Shown: positions 51,540 through 61,674, counted from the first letter of the stretch. The stretch is 64,000 bases of DNA from an uncultured Candidatus Saccharibacteria bacterium (GCA_964634365.1 CAZWJU010000001.1:167028-231027), one strand, 5' to 3'. The notes: a model not told the origin generated them from the sequence alone. Translations and numbers: made by a program.

Positions 51540-52562
51540 TTATTTTATAGTCTCTCCTGTCTTGATCACATGATCAACGAGTGTATATGTATACCCCATC
51601 TCATTGTCATACCAGCCCATTACCTTCACTAGATTTCCATCAACAACCCTGGTCATCTCTAGGTCAGCGATAGACGCATGAGAGTTACCCAATATATCGC
51701 TTGATACTAGTGGTTCGTTTGTAACTGCAAATAAGTCACTCCAGTGTGGGTCGTTAGATGCATCTGTCAGGATTTGATTCACTTCTTCTTTTGTTGTGTT
51801 TCTTTTTGCAATAAATGTTATGTCTACTATAGATCCAGCTGGAACTGGGACACGAATCGATATACCATCGAACTTGTTTTCTAAAACTGGAAAAGCTTTT
51901 GTAACTGCAACCGCAGCGCCAGTAGATGAAGGGACTATATTTTGAGCAGCAGCTCTTCCCTCTCGCAAATCTTTTTTACTTGGACCATCAACTAGAGCCT
52001 GAGAAGCAGTATATCCATGAACTGTATTTAGTATAGCTTTTTCAATCCCGATTTTTTCATGAAGTATTGCAATCAGAGGAGAGGCTGCATTTGTTGTACA
52101 AGATGCGTTGGATGTTATCTCGCATGTTCCAAATTTATCTTCGTTTACCCCAAGCAATATTGTCTCACCCGGGAATGATCCATCTCCTTTTGAAGGAGCA
52201 GATATAACAACTTTTTTCGCACCACAATCTAGATGGAACTTAGCTTTTTCATATGCTGTAAAAAGTCCTGTAGATTCTACGACTACATCTATACCGAGTG
52301 GTCCCCATGGGAGTTTTGTAGTGTCTTTTTCGGAAATAAACTTGATACGCTTACCATCTATAACAAAATCTGCACCATCCACTTCTACTTTATGACCCCA
52401 AGACCTATAAACCGTATCGTGACGCAAGAGGTATGCAAGACTCTCGATTGAACCGAGGTCGTTTACTGCGACTATTTCAATATCTTCACGCTCCCAAGCA
52501 ATTTTCAAAAAAGCTCGACCGATGCGACCAAAACCATTTATAGCAACTCTTATTTTTTTCAT
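51540..52562 (-). CDS. gap: Glyceraldehyde-3-phosphate dehydrogenase
   Basis: INGFGRIGR, SNASCTTN, WYDNE. Confidence 0.97.
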   Translation of the reverse strand: MKKIRVAINGFGRIGRAFLKIAWEREDIEIVAVNDLGSIESLAYLLRHDTVYRSWGHKVEVDGADFVIDGKRIKFISEKDTTKLPWGPLGIDVVVESTGLFTAYEKAKFHLDCGAKKVVISAPSKGDGSFPGETILLGVNEDKFGTCEITSNASCTTNAASPLIAILHEKIGIEKAILNTVHGYTASQALVDGPSKKDLREGRAAAQNIVPSSTGAAVAVTKAFPVLENKFDGISIRVPVPAGSIVDITFIAKRNTTKEEVNQILTDASNDPHWSDLFAVTNEPLVSSDILGNSHASIADLEMTRVVDGNLVKVMGWYDNEMGYTYTLVDHVIKTGETIK

Positions 52563-52651
52563 TTGTTTATTATAACACTAGATTATTTTGTTCAATAGTG
52601 CACGTATTTAAGTAATATTAAAACAAAAAGAGACCAAATAGTCTCTTTTTG

Positions 52652-53155
52652 TTATTTATCCTCGCTTTCTATTGCTCGCTTGATCTCTTTTATATCAGTT
52701 TTTTGTTTCATTTCTCTAAGCTCTTCGTCATCTTCAGGAGATAGACCCAAGTGGTCATGTATCTCGTCTAACATGTTTAATATTCTTGTGATTTCTGCTT
52801 CTGCGCGTAGATTAAGTTCAAAATCAACTTCCTCGCGCATATCAGCAATCTTTGAAGATCGGTTTTGGCTCATCAAAACTATCACTGACAAAAATATTGC
52901 CTCAAGAGATACAGTCATGGTGAGGAAAGTAAATGGGTACGGATCAAAAGGAACAAGCCCACGTATAAGACCAGTATTCCAAACAATCCATATTATAAAT
53001 ACAATAATATTTATAACCAAAAACCAAGTTGAACCAAAATTTTCAGTTAACATATCAGCAAAACGCCCCATCTTGGTTTTCTTGTCTTTTATGCGAGCGC
53101 GAAAACCTACAATAGTCTCCGTCTTTGAATTTATATTTTTATTTGGTTCGTACAT
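52652..53155 (-). CDS. DUF1003 membrane protein
   Basis: FDPYPF.FL..VSLEAIFL...LMSQNR. Confidence 0.88.
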   Translation of the reverse strand: MYEPNKNINSKTETIVGFRARIKDKKTKMGRFADMLTENFGSTWFLVINIIVFIIWIVWNTGLIRGLVPFDPYPFTFLTMTVSLEAIFLSVIVLMSQNRSSKIADMREEVDFELNLRAEAEITRILNMLDEIHDHLGLSPEDDEELREMKQKTDIKEIKRAIESEDK

Positions 53156-53157
53156 AT

Positions 53158-53646
53158 TTATTTGGCCTGATATGAAATAACTATATCATCTTTGTCTCTC
53201 AAAATAGTATCTTGAAAAGTATCAACCATCTCTCCATTTACAGATACGACAATCTCATGAGTATCGTCTGTTTGAAAAGATAGGATATGTTGACTATCGA
53301 AAGGTTTGTCCCAAACTGCAAAGAAATCTCCTAAAGTAAAATCTTTCTCTATTGGCGACTCAACATGGATCACACCTCCACCCTCATGAGTGTGTATAGA
53401 ATTCATACACGTAACCTTTACTCCTATGTTTGGCGGAATATTTTGTTTCTCTCCGTTTATGATTATGGTTAGGTTTGGATGAATATGAAATTGTGTAGCC
53501 ATGTCTGTAGTACATAGAAGCGCAACTTCCCTACTGGTAAGAGGATCTTCAATACTTTTTTGCTCATCTATCTTGAAAAAACCAGTCAAAGCCAGTAACG
53601 CTAGTGCGATTATAATAACTAAAACAAAAATACTTTTTTTACTCAT
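53158..53646 (-). CDS. Membrane-anchored His-motif hypothetical protein
   Basis: TM, FHIHP, IHTHE, IHVES, TLGDFFAVW. Confidence 0.7.
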   Translation of the reverse strand: MSKKSIFVLVIIIALALLALTGFFKIDEQKSIEDPLTSREVALLCTTDMATQFHIHPNLTIIINGEKQNIPPNIGVKVTCMNSIHTHEGGGVIHVESPIEKDFTLGDFFAVWDKPFDSQHILSFQTDDTHEIVVSVNGEMVDTFQDTILRDKDDIVISYQAK

Positions 53647-53652
53647 ATTTTT

Positions 53653-54267
53653 CTACAAAAAATTTATTATGATCATAGCTATAGACATCGCTACCATGAT
53701 TAGATTTTCTACTACTGTTACATATGAAAGTGGTAAAGAGAATTTTGTACCTGCACAAGCGCATTCAATATTTGCACCACTCTTCAATACTTTGATTATA
53801 CCTAAAGTCTGAATACCAAGCATCGGAATCGTAAGCAAGGAAACAATCGTAGAAGCACTGTGAAAATGGAGCAGTAAGCCAAAGAAGAAAAATACAAAAG
53901 GATACAATCCCGCATACCAAGAAAACTTTTGTGCTATTGGATCATATTTCTTTAGAGTCTCGCTTGTAGAAGATAGTGAGTTAAGCTGCAAAGCTCCGAA
54001 AAAAATAAAGAATCCAGCCATAAAATCGTTTAGTATGTTGTCGAGTCCGTAGTTTGAAATAAAATAATATCTACCGAACATATACAAAAATATCAAACCC
54101 GCTAATACAAAAAGTATTCTGTAGGTTTTTAGAGCGGAAACAATCTGTGACTGATTTATCTTTTTTGATCCACTTGGAGCATGATGTTTGCAGTAGTTGT
54201 GCACCAAACCATCTTTATCTACAAACAAATGTGTTGCATCCATTGAGCAAAGTTCGCATTTAATCAT
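53653..54267 (-). CDS. MauE/DoxX-like membrane protein with N-terminal Cys/His cluster
   Basis: CELC...CKHH, FMAGFF, YDPIA, CACAG...LPLSYVTVVENL. Confidence 0.7.
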   Translation of the reverse strand: MIKCELCSMDATHLFVDKDGLVHNYCKHHAPSGSKKINQSQIVSALKTYRILFVLAGLIFLYMFGRYYFISNYGLDNILNDFMAGFFIFFGALQLNSLSSTSETLKKYDPIAQKFSWYAGLYPFVFFFFGLLLHFHSASTIVSLLTIPMLGIQTLGIIKVLKSGANIECACAGTKFSLPLSYVTVVENLIMVAMSIAMIIINFL

Positions 54268-54276
54268 ATGTAGTAT

Positions 54277-55707
54277 TTATTGTAGCACCTCTTTTAATAT
54301 TTTCTGCACGAGCGCAGGGTTCGCAGAGCCTTTTGTTTCTTTCATGACATTACCGACAAGCGACATAATTGCATTTTCTTTACCTCCTTTGTATGTGGCT
54401 ACAATCTCTGGATTTGCATCTATAACTTTCTGTACGATTTCTTTTAATTGTCCTTCGTTACTGATTTGAGTAAAACCATATTTTTGAGAAATACTAACTG
54501 GATCACCGCCTTCGATAACCATAATACGCAACGTATCTTTAGTTCCTCTAGATGTTAGTTTCTGATCTGTATACATTGATATTAAGTCGGCGAAATATTT
54601 TGGATTCGGTAATTTTATTTCATTATTCTCCTTCCTAATCCCAACAAGATCAGAGGTTATATAATTTGAAGCTACGGTAATTTTTTCTTTATGAATCAAC
54701 TCCTTTGCAACCTCCTCAAACCAAGCACCAAGCTCTGTATCGTTTATATAACTTTCTATATCTTCATCTTTAATTCCAAAATCATTTTTATAACGCTCTC
54801 TTTTCTGTGTTGGCAATTCTGGAAGATCAGATTTTATTTTTTCAATATCAAAAAGCTTGCTGAGGTAAAGTTTCGGGATGTCTGGATCTGGAAAATATCT
54901 GTAGTCTTGTGCATTTTCTTTGCTACGCTGTGAAAAAGTAGACTGTTTCGCTTCATTCCAGCCACGAGTTTCTTGTACTATCTCACTTCCCTTGCCAGCT
55001 TCGATAAGTTTTATCATGCGCTCTGTTTCAAAAAGTATCGCGCGCTCGGCACTACGAAATGAATTCAAATTTTTCACCTCTACTTTTGTCCCATATACAC
55101 TCTTGTCGTCTGAGACAGACATATTCACTTCTACGCGCATTTCACCTTTGTCCATATTTGCTTCTGATACTCCAAGGTATAGGAGCACGAGCTGTAACTC
55201 ACGAGCAAATCTCCCAGCTGCTTTGGAAGCCAATTCTGCAGAATCAAATGTATGAGGTTCAGTAACAAGCTCCATAAGTGGCACTCCTGCGCGATTGAAA
55301 TCTACAAGTGAGAAATCTCCTCTATCGTGTTTTGAGTTAGCAGTATCTTCTTCGAGGTGTACACGCGTAATATCAAAATCCGCCAAGTGCCCACCAGAGA
55401 CTATTGGATATTTATACTGACTGATCTGGTAACCTTTTGGTATATCTGGATAAAAATAATTCTTGCGATCAAATTCGGTAAAATCAGCGATATTGCCATT
55501 TATAGCGAGACCGACTTTGATCACGTTCTCGATAGCCTTTTTGTTTGGCACAGGCAAAGTACCCGGATGCGCCATACACACAGGACAGATGTTTGTATTT
55601 GGCTTTTTCTCATTTGGATCATTTTTGCAAGCACAAAACATCTTACTAGATGTAGCGAGCTCTGCGTGTATCTCAAGTCCAATTGTTGTATAAAAAGTCT
55701 TTTCCAC
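54277..55707 (-). CDS. gatB: Asp/Glu-tRNA amidotransferase subunit B
   Basis: IGLEIHAEL, FDRKNYFYPD, HLEED, DFNRAGVPLME, DYRYFPDPD; GTG start likely. Confidence 0.96.
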   Translation of the reverse strand: MEKTFYTTIGLEIHAELATSSKMFCACKNDPNEKKPNTNICPVCMAHPGTLPVPNKKAIENVIKVGLAINGNIADFTEFDRKNYFYPDIPKGYQISQYKYPIVSGGHLADFDITRVHLEEDTANSKHDRGDFSLVDFNRAGVPLMELVTEPHTFDSAELASKAAGRFARELQLVLLYLGVSEANMDKGEMRVEVNMSVSDDKSVYGTKVEVKNLNSFRSAERAILFETERMIKLIEAGKGSEIVQETRGWNEAKQSTFSQRSKENAQDYRYFPDPDIPKLYLSKLFDIEKIKSDLPELPTQKRERYKNDFGIKDEDIESYINDTELGAWFEEVAKELIHKEKITVASNYITSDLVGIRKENNEIKLPNPKYFADLISMYTDQKLTSRGTKDTLRIMVIEGGDPVSISQKYGFTQISNEGQLKEIVQKVIDANPEIVATYKGGKENAIMSLVGNVMKETKGSANPALVQKILKEVLQ

Positions 55708-55790
55708 CAAAAAAGTATAACAAAAATAATCTATTTTTATTAATTGACACAGTGTGACAAAAGTAGTACTTTGAAGACAAATGCACTTTA

Positions 55791-56735
55791 ATGAAAATCA
55801 AAAATAACCCAATCTACTCTGGTATATACGGAGAGATGGTCGGAAGACCATTTGAATTTGCATATTTTTACGTTACGAACAAAATAAATCCAAAAAACGA
55901 TAGTGATATCGATCCTGAAAAATATGCATTACTGCTTCCTATCTTGCGTACAGGAATGTATGAAAGAATTCATGCAGCTATAGGAAAATATTTCCCCACA
56001 AAAATAAAATTCTTGGAGGAATTTGTATACGGTGGAAAAACCCTAGTATATACAGATGATACTGTGATGACAGTTGCTACTATGGAGGCACTGCTTTTAG
56101 ACAAAGAAAATCCTGACTTCCAAAAAGCATACCTGAAGTGGGTAAAAAATTATCCAGATGCTGGTTATGGCGGAATGTTCCGCAAATGGATTAGGAGCAA
56201 AGATCAAAAGCCATACGGCAGTTTAGGAAACGGTGGTGCAATGAGAGTTTCTCCTGTTGCTTTCGTATCAGACGATATACTCGAGGTCGAGCGACTTGCA
56301 GAACTATCTGCAATAGTGACCCACGATCATCCCGAAGGGATTGACGGCGCCATAGCTGTAGCCGGATCAGTTTTCCTGGCAAAAAGACAGTTTGGGAAAA
56401 AATATATACATAAATATGTATCTGGATTTCCAAACTACAACATGCAAAGAAGGCTCGTGGATATTCGAAAAGATTATAATTTCTATTCTGAAGCACTGAA
56501 AAGTGTACCGGAATCAATAATCTGTTTCTATGAAGCAAGATCTTCAGAAGAAGCTATCCAAAATGCTCTCTCACTTGCAGGTGACACAGACACTATGGCG
56601 ATGATCGCAGGGGTAATAGCAGGATCATATTACAGAGACACCGCTGATTACATGGTTAACTATGTAAGAATGCAATTACCTGAAGAGATGAAAACAGTTA
56701 TCGATGCATTCGAAAATAAATTCATGAATGCATAA
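55791..56735 (+). CDS. ADP-ribosylglycohydrolase family protein
   Basis: YTDDT, GYGGMF, SLGNGGAMRVSP, THDHPEG, GDTDT. Confidence 0.9.
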   Translation: MKIKNNPIYSGIYGEMVGRPFEFAYFYVTNKINPKNDSDIDPEKYALLLPILRTGMYERIHAAIGKYFPTKIKFLEEFVYGGKTLVYTDDTVMTVATMEALLLDKENPDFQKAYLKWVKNYPDAGYGGMFRKWIRSKDQKPYGSLGNGGAMRVSPVAFVSDDILEVERLAELSAIVTHDHPEGIDGAIAVAGSVFLAKRQFGKKYIHKYVSGFPNYNMQRRLVDIRKDYNFYSEALKSVPESIICFYEARSSEEAIQNALSLAGDTDTMAMIAGVIAGSYYRDTADYMVNYVRMQLPEEMKTVIDAFENKFMNA

Positions 56736-56749
56736 AAAAATCTGCCTAT

Positions 56750-57730
56750 TTAGGCAGATTTATTTTTTAATAGAGCAACAAGTTCATCGGATATTTTCTT
56801 TACAGATTTTTCGTCAAAAAGTGATACGGTAAATACTTTTTTCTTTAGCTTTGTAAATTCTTTGACCTTTGCTGCAAGCTCTTTCTCGTCAATCGCATCT
56901 GTCTTGGTGAGAATTATTATTTCATCTTTTTCACTCAAGCCTTCACCATAAGCTTCTAGTTCGCCGCGAACTTGTTTATAAGCTTTCATCATATTCATCC
57001 CATTTTCACAAGACACAAGATGAGCAAGTACCTTTGTTCTCTTTATATGTCTCAAGAATTTTATTCCTACACCCTTGCCTTCATGCGCACCTTCGATTAG
57101 TCCAGGGATATCAGCTATTATGTATCCATATAGATCGCCTAAGTTTGGATCAAGAGTAGTAAAGGCATAGTCACCTACTTTTGCTTTTGCATTTGTAATC
57201 GCATTTAAAAGACTGGACTTACCAGCATTTGGCAAACCCACAAACCCCATATCTGCAAGGATCTCTACAACAACTTTGAACTTCGCTTTTTCTCCGGTTT
57301 TACCTGGTGTAGCTTTTTCAGGAGTTGTGTTACGTGAACTTTTAAACTGTTCGTTCCCTCTTCCACCTGGGCCACCTTTCAAAATTTTCTCTATCTGCCC
57401 CTCTTCGCTAAGCTCTATTTCTAAGCCAGTATCCAAGTTTGTAATCTTGGTTCCTACTGGTAAATCAAAAGTAAAATCTCTTCCGCGTGCACCATGTTTT
57501 TTACCACCCATTCCAGCTTCACCTGGAAAAGCTTTGTAAGTCTTGTCTGCTACGTACTTTGAAAGCGCATCAAGGTCACGTATCGCGCGCACATATACAT
57601 CTCCTCCAGCTCCACCGTCACCACCAGATGGACCACCTTTTGGGATAAATTTTTCTCGACGCCAGCGAACAACCCCGTTTCCTCCACGGCCTGCTTCTGC
57701 GGTCAAAATCATCTCATCTATAAATCTCAT
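56750..57730 (-). CDS. obgE: GTPase Obg
   Basis: Gly-rich Obg fold, GLPNAGKSS, YAFTTL, DIPGL, TKTD. Confidence 0.96.
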   Translation of the reverse strand: MRFIDEMILTAEAGRGGNGVVRWRREKFIPKGGPSGGDGGAGGDVYVRAIRDLDALSKYVADKTYKAFPGEAGMGGKKHGARGRDFTFDLPVGTKITNLDTGLEIELSEEGQIEKILKGGPGGRGNEQFKSSRNTTPEKATPGKTGEKAKFKVVVEILADMGFVGLPNAGKSSLLNAITNAKAKVGDYAFTTLDPNLGDLYGYIIADIPGLIEGAHEGKGVGIKFLRHIKRTKVLAHLVSCENGMNMMKAYKQVRGELEAYGEGLSEKDEIIILTKTDAIDEKELAAKVKEFTKLKKKVFTVSLFDEKSVKKISDELVALLKNKSA

Positions 57731-57738
57731 TTTTTATA

Positions 57739-58080
57739 TTAGTTAAATTCTTTACCTTCTAATTTGGCAATAAGTTTTAATATTTCTTCTTTGTTGAGTA
57801 TTGAAATATTGTAGATATATCTTCCTCTCTCGTCTGGAAAACTAGATCTGTGATATGAAGCAAACCCTGCTCCATACTCACTATTTATCATATTGACTGC
57901 ACCCTTTATACTAGATTCATAGTATCCTCGCAAGTTATGCTTGCTTTCTATCTCACCTCTAATATTTTCAATATTTTCTAGAGCTTTCTTGAGTTTATCC
58001 AACTCTGAAATCTCCTTCTCTACCTTAGGAACACTTTGTTTATTTATATAATCCGGCTGATTAAAAATATCTAGTTGCAT
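57739..58080 (-). CDS. Hypothetical protein
   Basis: 113-aa ORF tightly packed between MYG1-like gene and obg. Confidence 0.6.
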   Translation of the reverse strand: MQLDIFNQPDYINKQSVPKVEKEISELDKLKKALENIENIRGEIESKHNLRGYYESSIKGAVNMINSEYGAGFASYHRSSFPDERGRYIYNISILNKEEILKLIAKLEGKEFN

Positions 58081-58081
58081 A

Positions 58082-58966
58082 TTATTTTTGATCTAAAGCA
58101 AGTTTAGCGAGGGCTACGGCTCCTTCACGTGTTTTTGTAACACAAAAAAATCTCTTATTATGACAAAAAACTGAACCCGTAACTCCAGTAATTTTTTCTA
58201 AATCTTCATCTACCAATCCTGCCCAGGTTTTTGGAAAATACATTCTGCTTTCAAATTGCCTAAACACAATCGGCACCATCTCGGCTCCCCATGTATTGTC
58301 TTGTCTTGGATAAACAACAATCATTGAATCTTTGTATTCATTTAAAACCTTTTTCCATGGAAGATACTGTGGCAACTCAATAATTCTTTTATCAGAAGTG
58401 TTTTTATATATATTTCGCACAATATCTTGTGCCTCAATCAGATCTTTTGTTTTTTTTATCATTCGACCAAGTACAACTTGTGCATACGAAACCAATTTAA
58501 CAAATTCAATATCTATATCTATTACCTCTTTCCAACTTGGTAAAAAAAGTGAATATAGGTTATGCAAATCAAAAGGCAATGCGTCTTCTCGAGTTGCTTT
58601 ATAAAGCTCAACTCCATTGTCTGGGGCATCGACTGCCTGCACAAGTTGAGAATCTATCTCCTCCGCAACCTCCTTGCTACCACAAAGTTTTTCTCCATAT
58701 TTTTTCCAAACCAATCCAAAAGATGCATAAGGAATTCCGTTTTCTCGGACCCCTGCTCCGCCTAACTGATGATGATCAAAACGCTCTCTTTCTTCGTCGT
58801 GTTCACCCCCAACATCCACAACAAAATCTGCTTTTTTTATTATTTCTTCATCTCGTGTACGAACTATTTTTATATTTTCATCTGGAAAACTCGCAAGTAT
58901 TGTCGCGCAAGCAAAAATATCATCGGCATGAAAACTTCCATTGTGAGCAACAAGTATCTTCTCCAT
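58082..58966 (-). CDS. MYG1-family (DHH-like) exonuclease
   Basis: HNGSFHADD, RTRD, DVGG, FDHHQ, ASFGLVW, FCH. Confidence 0.9.
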   Translation of the reverse strand: MEKILVAHNGSFHADDIFACATILASFPDENIKIVRTRDEEIIKKADFVVDVGGEHDEERERFDHHQLGGAGVRENGIPYASFGLVWKKYGEKLCGSKEVAEEIDSQLVQAVDAPDNGVELYKATREDALPFDLHNLYSLFLPSWKEVIDIDIEFVKLVSYAQVVLGRMIKKTKDLIEAQDIVRNIYKNTSDKRIIELPQYLPWKKVLNEYKDSMIVVYPRQDNTWGAEMVPIVFRQFESRMYFPKTWAGLVDEDLEKITGVTGSVFCHNKRFFCVTKTREGAVALAKLALDQK

Positions 58967-58967
58967 A

Positions 58968-59312
58968 TTAATCTCTATCACCTAAAACTTTATCGCCAAT
59001 CCAGCTAAGTATAGACACTATGAGTGCACCAATCACCGCTGCTGTAAAATTATCTATACTAAATCCATCTATAAGCGTTGCCACGAACCAGAAAAACAAA
59101 CCGTTCAAGATTATAGAAAAAAGTCCGAGTGTGAGGATGTTTATCGGCAAAGTAAGTATCTTTACAACAGGTTTTACAATTAGATTTATAAAACCGAGCA
59201 CAGCACCGACTATAACTGCAGTAAGCAGTGTATCTACATGTATTCCATCTACAACATAAGGTACGGCCAAAACCGCAAGTGTGATTATGAGCCAATGAGC
59301 TAAAATTTTCAT
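58968..59312 (-). CDS. YvlD/DUF360 (holin superfamily IV) membrane protein
   Basis: NLIVKPVVKILTLPINILTLGLF. Confidence 0.88.
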   Translation of the reverse strand: MKILAHWLIITLAVLAVPYVVDGIHVDTLLTAVIVGAVLGFINLIVKPVVKILTLPINILTLGLFSIILNGLFFWFVATLIDGFSIDNFTAAVIGALIVSILSWIGDKVLGDRD

Positions 59313-59318
59313 AAATAT

Positions 59319-59350
59319 AGTTTTGAGCTACGAGCTATTAGCTAGAAGCT
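59319..59350. repeat. 7-nt-periodic AGCT array, 3' flank of four-helix-bundle gene
   Basis: AGTT 59319; AGCT 59326, 59333, 59340, 59347. Confidence 0.8.
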
Positions 59351-59706
59351 TTCTTATCTAATAATTTTTTCATCATAGTCGATAACATTTTTTGTACTTC
59401 AGTTATTTTTAAATCTGCTAATTCATAATCCTTGTTAGGATATAAATCTCTGGCAATAATAATTTGTGTCTCGAGCTCTGCCACAGAACCTTGAGCAACT
59501 CTTAGAAAATGGGAAAAGTCTTTTCTTGTTGATCGTTGTCTACCTTCTGCAATGTTTGATGGAATACTTATCGCAGAGCGTCGCATTTGGGAAGTTAAGG
59601 AATATATTTCTGATTTAGGAAATTCTTCAGTTATCTTGTAAATAATCTTAACAAGTTCTATTGATCTTTGCCATACTATTAAATCTTTGTACGAATGTAT
59701 TTCCAT
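59338..59706 (-). CDS. Four-helix-bundle protein (23S rRNA-IVP-like family)
   Basis: SYKDLIVWQ, FPKSEIYSLTSQMRRSAISIPSNIAEG, GSVAELETQ. Confidence 0.93.
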   Translation of the reverse strand: MEIHSYKDLIVWQRSIELVKIIYKITEEFPKSEIYSLTSQMRRSAISIPSNIAEGRQRSTRKDFSHFLRVAQGSVAELETQIIIARDLYPNKDYELADLKITEVQKMLSTMMKKLLDKKASS

Positions 59707-59707
59707 A

Positions 59708-59739
59708 AGCTCAAAGCTTGCACCTTATAGCTACCAGCT
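59708..59739. repeat. 7-nt-periodic AGCT array, 5' flank of four-helix-bundle gene
   Basis: AGCT 59708, 59715; ACCT 59722; AGCT 59729, 59736. Confidence 0.8.
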
Positions 59740-60193
59740 AAAATAATGAATCTACGACACTCTTTACATCTCCTCCGTCTGCTTTGCCTTTTAGGTCTTT
59801 CATAAGCTCTGCCATCAATTTACCTTTATCTTTTGGATCAGAGATACCGAGAGAATCTTTTTTATCACGAGCTATCTTTTCTACTTCAGATTTGTCCATC
59901 ATTTTTGGTAAATATACTTCTAGCACAGCTAGTTGTGCAGATTCTTCCAAAACCAAATCATCTCTACCTCCATTTTTAAATTGTTCTATTGAATCTTTGC
60001 GTTGCTTTGCAAGACGAGTTATAACAGCGAGCATCTCTTCATCGGTCAGCAAATCTTGCGGAGTGCGACCTTTAGACACAAGCTCGTTTGTCGCAGCTGA
60101 ACTAATACCACGCAAAACGTCTAGTCTCACCTGATCTTTAGCGAGCATCGCTTCTTTTATACTATCTTTTATTTGTTGTTGAAGATTTGACAT
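59738..60193 (-). CDS. GatB/YqeY domain protein
   Basis: KEAMLAKD, KQRKDSIEQF, GRDDL, YLP, KGKADG; start set at MSNLQ. Confidence 0.9.
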   Translation of the reverse strand: MSNLQQQIKDSIKEAMLAKDQVRLDVLRGISSAATNELVSKGRTPQDLLTDEEMLAVITRLAKQRKDSIEQFKNGGRDDLVLEESAQLAVLEVYLPKMMDKSEVEKIARDKKDSLGISDPKDKGKLMAELMKDLKGKADGGDVKSVVDSLF

Positions 60194-60229
60194 ACAAATA
60201 TAATACCAAATCATGCTAGAATCTACTAT

Positions 60230-60952
60230 ATGCAATACAAACTTCTATTTTTAGACACAGAAACAACCGGCAATGAAGCAAAAGACCGTCTTTGCCAGAT
60301 TGCTTATAGCGACGGCAAGGCTCGTGTCGAAGCACTCTTCAGGCCCCCAGTCCCTATATCTATAGAATCTATGGCTGTTCACCATATCACAACCAAGATA
60401 GTACAGGACAAACCTGCTTTCAAATTCAGCACAGAACACGCATTTCTCGCAAAAAAATTCAAAGAAGAAGAAACCATAGTCGTAGCTCACAATGCTACTT
60501 TTGATCTTGAAATGCTCGCCAAAGAAGATCTGATACCTGACAAGTTTATTTGCACTTTGCGTGTTGCCAGATATCTGGACCCAGAAGAAAAGATCCCATC
60601 TTATAGACTTCAATACTTAAGATACTTTCTAGACATCGAGATTGACGCGACTGCACACGACGCACTCGGCGATGTGCTCGTACTTGAAAAATTATTTGAG
60701 AGACTTTTTAGAAAAATTGCCGATAGCGAAGAACTCACCGAATCACAAACTTACGAGAAGATGATAGAAATATCAAAAACTCCTTCGATTATCCGCACTT
60801 TTAGATTTGGAAAATACAACGGACAAAAAGTAGAAGAGGTTGCAAAGATTGATCGTGGATACTTAGAATGGATGCTCGCTCAAAAATCTGCAGTTGAAAG
60901 TGGAGGAGAAGACTGGATATACACACTCAATCATTTTTTAGGTAAAAATTAA
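60230..60952 (+). CDS. DEDDh 3'-5' exonuclease (DnaQ/ExoX-like)
   Basis: LDTETTG, AHNATFD, AHDALGD, C-terminal FGKYNG...YLEW. Confidence 0.9.
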   Translation: MQYKLLFLDTETTGNEAKDRLCQIAYSDGKARVEALFRPPVPISIESMAVHHITTKIVQDKPAFKFSTEHAFLAKKFKEEETIVVAHNATFDLEMLAKEDLIPDKFICTLRVARYLDPEEKIPSYRLQYLRYFLDIEIDATAHDALGDVLVLEKLFERLFRKIADSEELTESQTYEKMIEISKTPSIIRTFRFGKYNGQKVEEVAKIDRGYLEWMLAQKSAVESGGEDWIYTLNHFLGKN

Positions 60953-60986
60953 AACGACCCACATGGGTCGTTTTTAAGTTTCCTAT

Positions 60987-61304
60987 TCAATCATCACAAC
61001 CGCAGTCAAAAAATGCTGTGGTTTTTTCTTTGTGTTCACAATCGTAAACGGATATCTCCGGCGGTTTCGGCACACTTCGTATGCCGACAAACACCGCCCC
61101 GAGAACCGCCAGTACGAGGACCGCATAAGCAAGTCGGTAAACGACCGGTCGATGATTCTGAAACGGATAAATAAAATTATCCCACATTTTCTTGAACCAA
61201 AGACCAATTGATCTTCGATTTAATAAAATCGCCGATAGAGCGCTGAGGATAATAAAAAACCCGAGAAAAGCGAGCCCACCGGCCTCGCAAGATGAAATTT
61301 CCAT
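60987..61304 (-). CDS. Hypothetical 2-TM protein with Cys-rich tail
   Basis: 105-aa ORF, GC-richer than flanks, TTGACA-16-TATAAT upstream. Confidence 0.55.
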   Translation of the reverse strand: MEISSCEAGGLAFLGFFIILSALSAILLNRRSIGLWFKKMWDNFIYPFQNHRPVVYRLAYAVLVLAVLGAVFVGIRSVPKPPEISVYDCEHKEKTTAFFDCGCDD

Positions 61305-61386
61305 AAGTTACGTTTTTTATTATTATAACTAAATAATAAAATTTGTCAAAAATTAAATCCCCCGCACTAGCGAGGGATTCTCAATT

Positions 61387-61674
61387 TTATTTTTTTACGA
61401 TCTTGTTTTTAAGATCCTGACTAAACCATCTTATCCACTTTGGCATATTGTGTTTAGTCTCCCAATCAAAGGCTCGCCAAACTCTCCACGCAAAAAAACC
61501 AAAGAAAACAAGTATGGCAATCCCTTTTGATAAATTTTCACCTAAGTCTAGTAGGTAAAAAAAATTTTTCAGTATTAAGCCTATTAAAAATGGTATACCT
61601 AAAAAATGAATCAAGAAAACAGGGATCAAAAACAAATCATATATAAGCTTTACAAGCTCAGTGTATATTTTCAT
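61387..61674 (-). CDS. Hypothetical membrane protein
   Basis: 95-aa hydrophobic ORF. Confidence 0.55.
   Translation of the reverse strand: MKIYTELVKLIYDLFLIPVFLIHFLGIPFLIGLILKNFFYLLDLGENLSKGIAILVFFGFFAWRVWRAFDWETKHNMPKWIRWFSQDLKNKIVKK

Noticed and set aside
58968-59312. Holin-family gene as a sign of prophage
   Set aside because: YvlD/DUF360 is a common chromosomal membrane protein; no phage genes nearby
59338-59706. Diversity-generating retroelement (Avd-like protein)
   Set aside because: No reverse transcriptase or TR/VR pair differing at adenines seen in the window
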